Shown here: positions 27,694 to 34,869 of the stretch, in pieces
How the letters are laid out: the number at the start of each line of letters is the position of its first letter
How positions within the stretch are numbered: position 1 is the first letter of the stretch
Origin: Nanobdellota archaeon
GTDB lineage: Archaea > Nanobdellota > Nanobdellia > Pacearchaeales > GW2011-AR1
DNA: 60,170 bases
Assembly (NCBI GenBank): GCA_018816335.1
Contig: JAHIVP010000024.1
Span: 1-60,170 of the forward strand
Direction of reading: 5' to 3'
The notes under the pieces: generated by a model
What the model was told of the DNA's origin: nothing
Databases searched by the model: none
Seen by the model: only the letters and a program-made list of their open reading frames with translations
Position numbers and translations under genes: made by a program

Positions 27694-28602
27694 CTAAATC
27701 TCAACAACCATCAAATCCTTAGCTAACTTTGTATTCTTGAAAACAGATTGAGCTTCTTTGAGAATTAATTTATCTTTGTGTTCGTATCTTTGGGAAATGT
27801 GAGTTAGGATTAATTCTTTTGCTTTGCTTGATTTTGCAATTTGAGCTGCTTGTTTTGCTGTCATGTGTTTGTATTCTTCTGCTAATTGTTTTCCATTATC
27901 TGAATTATCTAGGAATGTTGATTCACAAATCAATAAGTCTGAATTTTCTGCTAGTGTTTTAATTGAAGGATTTGTTTTTGTATCCATAATTATTGTTAGT
28001 TTTTTCCCTGGTTCTTTATATGTTAAATCTGAAGCTTTGATTGTTTTTCCATTTAGATTAATATTTTTTCCTTGAGCTAGTTGGCCTATTAGTTTTGAGT
28101 TTGGTATTTTTAGTTTTGCTAATTTCTTTTTATCTATTCTTATTTTTTCTTTTTCTTCTATTGAGTAAGCTAAGCTTGGAGCTCCGTGGTTCATTGGGCG
28201 AGAATTAATTAAAAGATCTTTTGTTTCTGCTACTTTTCCTGAAGTGATTTCTTTTATTTTCATTTTGAGTTTGTTTTTAAATTTGAAGATATTAAGTATC
28301 TCTTTGATGTATTTTGATGTTCCTTTAGGTCCGTAGATTTCTAATTCTTTTTTATAGCCGTTTAATGCTAATGTTTGAAATAATCCTGGGAGTCCTAGGA
28401 TGTGATCTCCGTGCCAGTGAGTTATTAGGATTTTTGTTATTTTTCCTGGGTTGATTTTTGCTTTACGAAATTGTCTTTGAGTTCCTTCTCCACAATCTAT
28501 TAGAATGTTTTCTTCATTGTACTGAACTAGAATTGCTGTGTGGTTTCGACTAGCTGTTGGGATTTGTCCGCTTGTTCCTAAAAAGGTTATGTTTATTTTC
28601 AT
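27694..28602 (-). CDS. rnz: ribonuclease Z (tRNA 3' endonuclease)
   Basis: MKINITFLGTSG.., metallo-beta-lactamase motif ITHWHGDHILGLPGL, C-terminal LTHIS. The tracked 5' extension to 28638 runs into a PAL-C repeat. Confidence 0.85.
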   Translation of the reverse strand: MKINITFLGTSGQIPTASRNHTAILVQYNEENILIDCGEGTQRQFRKAKINPGKITKILITHWHGDHILGLPGLFQTLALNGYKKELEIYGPKGTSKYIKEILNIFKFKNKLKMKIKEITSGKVAETKDLLINSRPMNHGAPSLAYSIEEKEKIRIDKKKLAKLKIPNSKLIGQLAQGKNINLNGKTIKASDLTYKEPGKKLTIIMDTKTNPSIKTLAENSDLLICESTFLDNSDNGKQLAEEYKHMTAKQAAQIAKSSKAKELILTHISQRYEHKDKLILKEAQSVFKNTKLAKDLMVVEI

Positions 28603-28611
28603 TTTGTTATT

Positions 28612-28660
28612 TTTACACCATACAAATAACCCTCCCACCCACCCTTATTTATGGTGTAAA
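28612..28660 (+). repeat. PAL-C palindrome
   Basis: tttacaccatacaaataa-CCCTCCCACCCACCCT-tatttatggtgtaaa, immediately upstream of the RNase Z start. The gene-sense strand reads GGGTGGGTGGGAGGG. Confidence 0.8.
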
Positions 28661-28726
28661 ATTTATTTATTATAGTAGTGAAAGTTTGTTTATATAATTT
28701 TGTTTTAGAATTAATTTAAACTAAAT

Positions 28727-28844
28727 GGCCCCGACAGGTCCTAAAAATATTTCATATTTTTGGTCCTCTAAACTCTGCTGTGCCTTTGCACAGATTAGAT
28801 TTATCGTTTAGAGTATTTGAACCTGCTTCTTGGTTCAAACTAAA
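28727..28844 (-). repeat. tRNA-Arg trailer: interrupted second copy of the T arm plus acceptor 3' half
   Basis: On the - strand: GCAGGTTCAAAT, then a ~75-nt insert with helices CTCTAAAC/GTTTAGAG and CTGTGC/GCACAG, then CCTGTCGGGGCC. The 12-nt ggccccgacagg is duplicated at 28727-28738 and 28846-28857. Confidence 0.7.
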
Positions 28845-28919
28845 CGGCCCCGACAGGATTTGAACCTGCGACCTCTTACTTAGAAGGCAAGCGCTCTATC
28901 CAGGCTGAGCTACAGGGCC
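28845..28919 (-). tRNA. tRNA-Arg (anticodon TCT)
   Basis: Reverse complement ggccctgtagctcagcctggatagagcgcttgccttctaagtaagaggtcgcaggttcaaatcctgtcggggccg. Anticodon loop CTTCTAA. Confidence 0.85.
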
Positions 28920-28976
28920 TTAAATTTTATAAGAAATAAAGGTTTTTTAAACTTTAGTTTATTGATGTTTTAGAAA

Positions 28977-29381
28977 ATGAAGGTGATGTTTATTTGTAAG
29001 CATAATAGATTTAGAAGTAAGGTAGCTGAGTCTATTTTTGCAAACTATGCAAATGGAAGGCATCAGGTTCGGAGTAGGGGGTTGATTATTGATATGGATG
29101 TTCATCCTAATGTTAAGAAGGCTTTGAAATCTATTGGAGTTAAGTTGAAGGTTGATGGTTCTCGGTCTCTTTCTGTTGAAGATTTTAATTGGGCTGATAT
29201 TGAAGTTATTGTTGCTGATGATGTTCCGAAGAAATTGTTTTTGCAATATGATACAAAGATTATTGTTTGGAAAATTAGAGATACTCACCAGACTAATTAT
29301 AAAGGTATTTTAGCTAGAGTTAAAGATATAGAGAAGAGGGTTAAGAAGTTGGTTGAAGAGCTGGATAATAAGAAATACTAA
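28977..29381 (+). CDS. low-molecular-weight phosphotyrosine phosphatase / ArsC-like
   Basis: N-terminal P-loop VMFICKHNRFRS (CX5R-S) and ~130-aa size. Confidence 0.75.
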   Translation: MKVMFICKHNRFRSKVAESIFANYANGRHQVRSRGLIIDMDVHPNVKKALKSIGVKLKVDGSRSLSVEDFNWADIEVIVADDVPKKLFLQYDTKIIVWKIRDTHQTNYKGILARVKDIEKRVKKLVEELDNKKY

Positions 29382-29414
29382 AGTTTTTAAGTTGTAAAAT
29401 TCTAGTTGCAATAT

Positions 29415-29456
29415 GCGCGGATGGAGAGATTAAAAATCTCAGTATCCTCGCGAGAC
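29415..29456 (+). repeat. 5' flank of tRNA-Cys starting with a 10-nt copy of the tRNA 5' end
   Basis: gcgcggatgg occurs at 29415-29424 and again at 29457-29466 (the tRNA 5' end). The spacer contains the hairpin gagat-taaaa-atctc. Confidence 0.6.
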
Positions 29457-29530
29457 GCGCGGATGGCGAAGTGGTTAACGCGTTCGGCTGCAACCCGGAT
29501 ATTCCAAGGGTTCGAATCCCTTTCCGCGCT
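29457..29530 (+). tRNA. tRNA-Cys (anticodon GCA)
   Basis: Acceptor GCGCGGA/TCCGCGC, anticodon stem TTCGG/CCGGA, loop CTGCAAC, T arm AAGGG-TTCGAAT-CCCTT, discriminator T. Confidence 0.85.
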
Positions 29531-29632
29531 TATGGATTCGAAACGAGGAGTGAATTGCGAAGCAAGAGAACCTAGGTTCTGGATGCTGGAGTAACTAGAA
29601 CCCGCAGGAGGTTCTAGGTTTGAATCCCTTTC
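29531..29632 (+). repeat. tRNA-Cys trailer ending in a second copy of the T arm plus acceptor 3' half
   Basis: gaatccctttccgcgctta recurs at the end of the trailer (tRNA copy at ~29514-29532, trailer copy ending ~29632). The interior starts ggattcgaaacgaggagtgaat (T-loop-like) and contains the palindrome agaacctaggttct and the hairpin ctagaacc/ggttctag. Confidence 0.7.
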
Positions 29633-29661
29633 CGCGCTTAAACTTGTGAGAAGATTTTAAA

Positions 29662-30213
29662 ATGACAAAAAAAGTAATTTTGGTTCATGGATGGGGTGGA
29701 AGCCCAAAAGAAGATTGGTATAACTGGCTTAAAAAGGAGCTAATCAAAAAAGGTTATGAAGTTGAAGCCCCGGAGATGCCTGATACATTAAATCCTAAAA
29801 TTGATGCTTGGGTGGGTAAACTTGAAGAAGTATTTAAAGAATCTGAGGAAGTTTATTTGGTGGGGCATAGTATTGGTTGCCAAACTATAATGAGATTTCT
29901 TGAGAAAAATAATATTAAACTAAAAAAAGTTATACTTGTTGCTCCTTGGCTTTCTTTAACAGATGAAACTTGGGATGAAGATTATACTGAGGAAAAAGCT
30001 AAACCTTGGATTGAAACCCCTATTGATTTTGATAATGTAAAAACCAAAGCAGAGAAATTTGTGGTTGTTTATTCTGAAACAGACCCATATGTTCCTAAAG
30101 ATGACCCCTTTGTTTTGAAAGATAAATTAGGGGGGGAATTAATTAATATGGGGGATGGAGGACATTTAGATAGGGAAGAGTTTCCTGAGATTGTTGAGGA
30201 GATCGAGAAATGA
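29662..30213 (+). CDS. alpha/beta hydrolase, YdeN/RBBP9-like serine hydrolase (paralogue 1)
   Basis: ILVHGWGG.., nucleophile elbow GHSIGC, later D and H residues. About 180 aa. Confidence 0.7.
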   Translation: MTKKVILVHGWGGSPKEDWYNWLKKELIKKGYEVEAPEMPDTLNPKIDAWVGKLEEVFKESEEVYLVGHSIGCQTIMRFLEKNNIKLKKVILVAPWLSLTDETWDEDYTEEKAKPWIETPIDFDNVKTKAEKFVVVYSETDPYVPKDDPFVLKDKLGGELINMGDGGHLDREEFPEIVEEIEK

Positions 30214-30797
30214 CAAAAAAAGTAATTTTGGTTCATGGATGGGGTGGAAATCCTGAGAATAATTGGTTTCCGTGGCTGAAAAAGAATTTAGAAGAAAAAG
30301 ATTTTGAGGTTATAGTTCCTAAGATGCCGAATGCTGAAGAACCTGAAATTAATTCTTGGGTTGAGAAACTAAGAGAAGTTTCTGGAGATGTTAATGAAAA
30401 TGTTTATTTTATTGGACATAGTATTGGTTGTCAGACTATTATGAGGTATTTAGAACAATTGCCTGCTGGATCTAAAGTTGGGGGAGTTATTTTTGTTGCT
30501 GGATTTTTTAATTTGCCTAATTTGGAAACTGATGAAGAAAAGGAAATTGCTAAGCCTTGGCTTGAAACCCCTATTGATACTGATAAAATTAAGAGGATTA
30601 CAAATGATATTGTTGCTGTTTTTTCTGATGATGATCCGGATGTTCCTTTAGATGATTCTAAGTTGTTTCAGGAGAGATTAGGAGCTAAGATTGTTATTGA
30701 GCATGAGAAGGAGCATTTTTCTGATGATGCTGGGATTAAGGAGTTACCAATTGTTCTAAATGAGTTTTTTGTTATGGCTGGGATGGATGGCAATTAG
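30210..30797 (+). CDS. alpha/beta hydrolase, YdeN/RBBP9-like serine hydrolase (paralogue 2)
   Basis: Same motifs as paralogue 1. ATGA start/stop overlap with it. The first 40 nt are identical to those of paralogue 1. Confidence 0.7.
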   Translation: MTKKVILVHGWGGNPENNWFPWLKKNLEEKDFEVIVPKMPNAEEPEINSWVEKLREVSGDVNENVYFIGHSIGCQTIMRYLEQLPAGSKVGGVIFVAGFFNLPNLETDEEKEIAKPWLETPIDTDKIKRITNDIVAVFSDDDPDVPLDDSKLFQERLGAKIVIEHEKEHFSDDAGIKELPIVLNEFFVMAGMDGN

Positions 30798-30850
30798 GTA
30801 CCACAAAGAAAGATTTAAATAGTTATTTGTAGTGGGTAAGGTATAGATGG

Positions 30851-30960
30851 GATTTTTATCCTAGTAATAACCTAAAAAATTTTATTCCACACAATAAACT
30901 CTCCCACCCACCCTTTATTGTGGAATAAAATAATCCTTGTGTTATTTAGGATAAAAATTA
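30851..30960 (+). repeat. nested PAL-C palindrome upstream of glyS
   Basis: Inner element ttattccacacaataaa-CTCTCCCACCCACCCT-ttattgtggaataaaa. Outer arms gatttttatccta / taggataaaaat. Confidence 0.8.
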
Positions 30961-30973
30961 ATTTGAAAATAAG

Positions 30974-32632
30974 ATGGCATTTATTGTAAAAAAGAAAATT
31001 AATGGAAAGGATTATTATTATCTTAGGAAGAGTGTTAGAGAGGGGAATAAGGTTAGGGCTGTGAATATTGCTTATCTTGGAAAGACAAAGAAGGATGCTG
31101 AGGAAAAGTTTAAGAAGATGGAAAAGAAGAAGAATAGTATGGAAAATAAAAATGTGAAGAAGGCTGATTATGAGAGTACTGATATTTCAATAGAGGATAT
31201 GACAAATTTTTGTAAGAGAAAGGGGTTTGTTTATCCTAGTGGAGATATTTATGGAGGGTTGGCAGGTTTTTGGGATTTTGGGCATCTTGGTGTTGAGATG
31301 AAAAAGAATTTGAAAAATGATTGGTGGAAATTTCATGTTCAGGAAAGAGAAGATATTGTTGGGATTGATGGGAGTATAATTACTAATCCAGAAGTTTGGA
31401 AAGCTTCAGGACATGTTGATAGTTTTTCAGATATTTTTGTTGTTTGTAAAAAGTGTAAGAAACCAAATAAGATTGATAAGAATGAGTTAGGGAAAGTGAA
31501 GTGTGATGATTGTGGAGGAGAGTATGATGAAGAGACTGCTAAAGAGTTTAAGTTGATGTTTAAGACAAATGTTGGGGAAGATGGGTTTGCTTATCTTAGG
31601 CCTGAAACTGCTCAATTGATTTTTACTAATTTTAAGTATGTTCAGGAAAATGCTAGAATGAAGTTGCCTTTTGGAATTGCTCAGATTGGAAAAGCTTTTA
31701 GAAATGAGATTGCTCCTAGAGATTTTATGTTTCGAAGTAGAGAGTTTGAGCAGATGGAGATTGAGTATTTTGTTGATCCTAAAGAAAAATGTCCTTATGA
31801 GATTGGAGATTCAGAGATTTTAGTTTATTCTGATGAAAATCAAGAGAAAGAAGAAGAACCAAAGAAGATGAAGTTTAAGGATGCGTTGAAGAAGGGAGTT
31901 ATTAAGACAGATTGGCATGCTTATTGGTTAGAGCAAGAGCTTTTGTGGTTTGTTAATTTAGGAGCTAATTCTGATAAGTTTAGAATTAGGCAGCATACTA
32001 AAGATGAGAAGAGTCATTATGCTTTAGATACTTGGGACTTGGAATATAAGTTTCCTTTTGGTTGGAAAGAGTTGCAAGGAATGGCTAATCGAAGTGATTT
32101 TGATTTATCTCAACATCAAAAATTTTCTAAGACAAGTATGGAGATTTTAGATAAAGATGAGAAAAAGATTCTTCCACATGTTGTTTGTGAACCTTCTCAA
32201 GGAGTTGAGAGAGGGTTTTTAGTTTTTCTTTTTGATGCTTATGAATATGATAAGGAAAGAGATAATGTTGTTTTGCATTTACATCCTAAATTAGCTCCTG
32301 TTAAGGTTGGTATTTTTCCAATTGTTAAGAAAGAAGAGATGTTGAAAGTTGCTGAGGATGTTAGAGATGATTTGAAGAAAGAGTTTAATGTTTTTTATGA
32401 TACAGGGGGTTCGGTGGGGAGGAGGTATGCTAGGCAAGATGAAGCTGGAACTCCTTATTGTGTTACAATTGATGGAGATTCTATTAAAGGGAAAGATGTT
32501 ACAATTAGAGATAGAGATACAGAGAAGCAGATAAGAGTTAAGATTGAAGATTTGAAAGATGTTATAACACAAGGATTAAGGGGAGAAGATATTATGAAGA
32601 TGGGAAAGATGGTTGATACTAGGAAGAAGTGA
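30974..32632 (+). CDS. glyS: glycyl-tRNA synthetase (alpha2, archaeal/eukaryotic type) with a ~55-aa N-terminal extension
   Basis: Core begins ..KRKGFVYPSGDIYGGLAGFWDFGHLG.. Class II motifs (FRNEIAPR, ..GVERG..) and an anticodon-binding C-terminus. The extension MAFIVKKKINGKDYYYLRKSVREGNKVRAVNIAYLGK is not part of canonical GlyRS. Confidence 0.9.
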   Translation: MAFIVKKKINGKDYYYLRKSVREGNKVRAVNIAYLGKTKKDAEEKFKKMEKKKNSMENKNVKKADYESTDISIEDMTNFCKRKGFVYPSGDIYGGLAGFWDFGHLGVEMKKNLKNDWWKFHVQEREDIVGIDGSIITNPEVWKASGHVDSFSDIFVVCKKCKKPNKIDKNELGKVKCDDCGGEYDEETAKEFKLMFKTNVGEDGFAYLRPETAQLIFTNFKYVQENARMKLPFGIAQIGKAFRNEIAPRDFMFRSREFEQMEIEYFVDPKEKCPYEIGDSEILVYSDENQEKEEEPKKMKFKDALKKGVIKTDWHAYWLEQELLWFVNLGANSDKFRIRQHTKDEKSHYALDTWDLEYKFPFGWKELQGMANRSDFDLSQHQKFSKTSMEILDKDEKKILPHVVCEPSQGVERGFLVFLFDAYEYDKERDNVVLHLHPKLAPVKVGIFPIVKKEEMLKVAEDVRDDLKKEFNVFYDTGGSVGRRYARQDEAGTPYCVTIDGDSIKGKDVTIRDRDTEKQIRVKIEDLKDVITQGLRGEDIMKMGKMVDTRKK

Positions 32633-32699
32633 GATGGGTATTAATTCTCAAATAGTAACATTATAGAAACTTTTAAAAACTATAAAATTATGAAAAGAT

Positions 32700-33518
32700 A
32701 TGGAAGATTTGTTAGGTAGGTTATTGGAAACAGCAGAAGATATTGTTTTAATGAGAGATGTTCCTGCTTTAAATTCAGACCAAGTTAGTTTTGCTGTTCC
32801 TTTGAGAGGTAAATTAGCAAGGGAAGTTTTTGATGAATCTTTAACACATGATAGAGGATTACCTGAGTTTCAGAGATATTGGAGTTTTGATAAATCTAGC
32901 GGACATATTAAAGGTTTGAGTGTTTATTTAGGAACAAGATTAGATAGTAGAGTTTTGAGACCTGAAGGATTAAGAATGTTGGGTGTTAGAGAATTACAAA
33001 GTTTAGGGGGTAAAGGAAAATTAGCTGATGGGTTTTGGAGAGATGCAGGAATTGTTGTTTATTCTGCTGGAACTCCAAATCTTAATACTGCGAGAGCATT
33101 GTGTCAAAAGGGAGTTGAGGGAGAATTGGATTTGCCTTTGATATGGGGTTTTTCTGATTTGGATTATGTTCCAAAAGATGGTGGGGTTGGAATAGTTTCT
33201 ATTGAAAATCCTCAGAGGGTTATTTTAGGAGAAGAAGCTGTTAAAGTTCTTGAGGATATTGAAGCTTATCAAGGAAATAAAAAAGGTGCTTGTAGGTTGA
33301 GTCGGGGCGGGGGTGGTGATTGGGGTGCCGACTGGGTTGTTTTTGCTGATTCGGACGCTGGCTGTCTGGTGGATTGGGTTTGTGGAGAAGCCACGCGCGA
33401 AAAATTACTCCAGGCTTATAATGGATTGAGTGAGAGAGTTTATGGAGATCAAATTGAAGAGTTGCAAACAAAAAGGGATTCCTCAAGACATGAGTTTTTA
33501 GCTGAATTAGATAGATAA
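32700..33518 (+). CDS. DGR-type variable (target) protein; Lys-poor orphan H
   Basis: 272-aa ATG ORF. Residues ..GACRLSRGGGGDWGADWVVFADSDAGCLVDW.. are encoded by the variable repeat 33285-33372. The matching template encodes GACRLNRNRDGDWNANWDDFANSNANCLMA. Confidence 0.8.
   Translation: MEDLLGRLLETAEDIVLMRDVPALNSDQVSFAVPLRGKLAREVFDESLTHDRGLPEFQRYWSFDKSSGHIKGLSVYLGTRLDSRVLRPEGLRMLGVRELQSLGGKGKLADGFWRDAGIVVYSAGTPNLNTARALCQKGVEGELDLPLIWGFSDLDYVPKDGGVGIVSIENPQRVILGEEAVKVLEDIEAYQGNKKGACRLSRGGGGDWGADWVVFADSDAGCLVDWVCGEATREKLLQAYNGLSERVYGDQIEELQTKRDSSRHEFLAELDR
33285..33380 (+). repeat. variable repeat (VR) of a DGR-like cassette
   Basis: Aligned by hand to 33741-33836 (offset 456). Over 33285-33372 all 72 positions that are not A in the partner copy are identical. 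The 16 mismatches are all partner-A to G (14) or T (2). Confidence 0.8.
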
Positions 33519-33740
33519 TTATAAAAACTTATTTTTCTTTTTATGATTCCTAGCCATATGGTTAGGCCACACGTTGACTAATTAGTCCATCATTAAGGTT
33601 TATTTTAAGGCATGAAATTCAACTGCGACAATTAGTAGTGATGATCTTTTGAGGGATTGTGAATATTGAAGCAGTGGTGCTCTGTCATATTGACACTAGG
33701 AGGCTCCTTTTTAGGAGAGATTAGTTGGCTACAAAGTTGG

Positions 33741-33836
33741 GGTGCTTGTAGGTTGAATCGGAACAGGGATGGTGATTGGAATGCCAACTGGGATGATTTT
33801 GCTAATTCGAACGCTAACTGTCTAATGGCTTAAATA
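33741..33836 (+). repeat. template repeat (TR) of a DGR-like cassette (non-coding)
   Basis: This is the A-rich copy of the VR. In the VR reading frame it carries six AAY (Asn) codons and ends in TAA. It lies in an ORF-free region 223 nt downstream of the target-gene stop. Confidence 0.8.
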
Positions 33837-34090
33837 TGGTTAGGATTTTTTTAATAATCTTTTGTCTTTATTTAGTTGTCATATAAGTTTAAATTCTAAA
33901 GTGTAATATGAATATGTCAAATTTTGATTATACAATTTGATAAAAAATATAGAAATGTAAAGGGGTGATTCAAATGGCAAAGAAAAAAGGTGCTAAGAAG
34001 AAGAAATAGTGTTTAGGTATTAATTAATATTATATTTTTTATTTTTATTTTTCGTTATGTTTTTATATTCTTGTTATTTATTTTAAAATT

Positions 34091-34300
34091 ATGGAATTAT
34101 TTGAGATGCCTGATGATCCGAAAGATAGAAAGAGAAGATTTGTTCTTGGAGCTTATGCTTTGGCTGGGTTGGGAGTCAGTGATTCATCTGCAAGGAGATT
34201 ATTAAGTTGTAAATTTAGCGGTGCTTTGAGAGTTGATATTGGAGTGTTTAGGAGAAAATTAAGTACTTTATATGGTGTTGAATTGGGAGATAGATTTTAA
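34091..34300 (+). CDS. Lys-poor orphan protein I (69 aa)
   Basis: ATG ORF ~255 nt downstream of the TR, rich in Arg/Leu/Gly. Short, so uncertain. Confidence 0.4.
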   Translation: MELFEMPDDPKDRKRRFVLGAYALAGLGVSDSSARRLLSCKFSGALRVDIGVFRRKLSTLYGVELGDRF

Positions 34301-34461
34301 TAAAGCTGGGAAGTTGATATAGAAATATTTATAAATAGTTGTTTTTTAGATGAGGAATGGTAATTGATACAAGTCAAGGATTAGGAGTTTATTTACAATA
34401 AGAATTAGGAGGAGAGTTAGTTGGTAATTCTAAAGATTCTGTTGCAGATGGATCAAGTAAT

Positions 34462-34677
34462 ATGGTTAGAGATGTTAGAGGATCAACTCTTCCAAAAGTT
34501 ACAAGATTAGTTAGGGGTTTCTATGGGGTCCTAGGATTTTCGGATCATCCAGTTGTGGATCCAGTAGATCAAGGACATTTGCCTTTACAAGATTCTGAAG
34601 AAAGAGGGAGAAGTATAACTGTAAGTTATGATTTAGAGATAGTTCGTGTTACTTGTTCTGCTATTGGTGTGAGATAA
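34462..34677 (+). CDS. Lys-poor orphan protein J (71 aa)
   Basis: ATG ORF, rich in Val/Arg/Gly/Asp. No clear TATA at the usual spacing. Uncertain. Confidence 0.35.
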   Translation: MVRDVRGSTLPKVTRLVRGFYGVLGFSDHPVVDPVDQGHLPLQDSEERGRSITVSYDLEIVRVTCSAIGVR

Positions 34678-34707
34678 ATTTAAAACTTCTTTTATATTAA
34701 TCTATTC

Positions 34708-34770
34708 ATGTCGTGGTATGAAGTTGAAACAAAAGTAAGAAAAGGATTTGAAATTTGTTTTGTTATATAA
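34708..34770 (+). pseudogene. 5' fragment resembling the start of a CYTH-domain gene
   Basis: atgtcgtggtatgaagttgaaacaaaagta.. encodes MSWYEVETKVRKG.. then stops after 20 codons. The intact CYTH gene at 35922 starts MSWYEVESKLKVK. A TATA-like cttttatattaa lies just upstream. Confidence 0.4.
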
Positions 34771-34869
34771 TATAACAAATAGTAGTATTATTCTTATTTT
34801 TGTTGTATATTATTATAAATCCTTTATTATAACAGAAAAGCTTAAAAAGTTGTTTTTTGTTATATAATA

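Noticed and set aside
28727-28844. C/D-box sRNA fused to tRNA trailers, as reported for some tiny archaea
   Set aside because: No RUGAUGA (C box) and CUGA (D box) pairs lie at appropriate spacing in any of the four trailers.
29406-29594. 62-aa ORF across the tRNA-Cys locus. Similar cases are 24695..24991 and 24847..25098 across tRNA-Leu and its trailer, and the first 26 codons of 38771..39049 across tRNA-Met.
   Set aside because: The open frames exist only because tRNA and trailer DNA is GC-rich and free of stop codons. The sequences fold as tRNAs.
33285-33836. Reading the repeat pair as a decaying duplicate drifting toward AT, or as strand-specific deamination
   Set aside because: AT drift would also give C-to-T changes, and none of the ~13 C positions differ. 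Deamination would not give the two A/T transversions. The AAY-codon-rich template also fits a DGR better. This remains formally untested.
33974-34008. Tiny ORF MAKKKGAKKKK* downstream of the TR
   Set aside because: Eleven codons of poly-Lys in AT-rich DNA are indistinguishable from chance.
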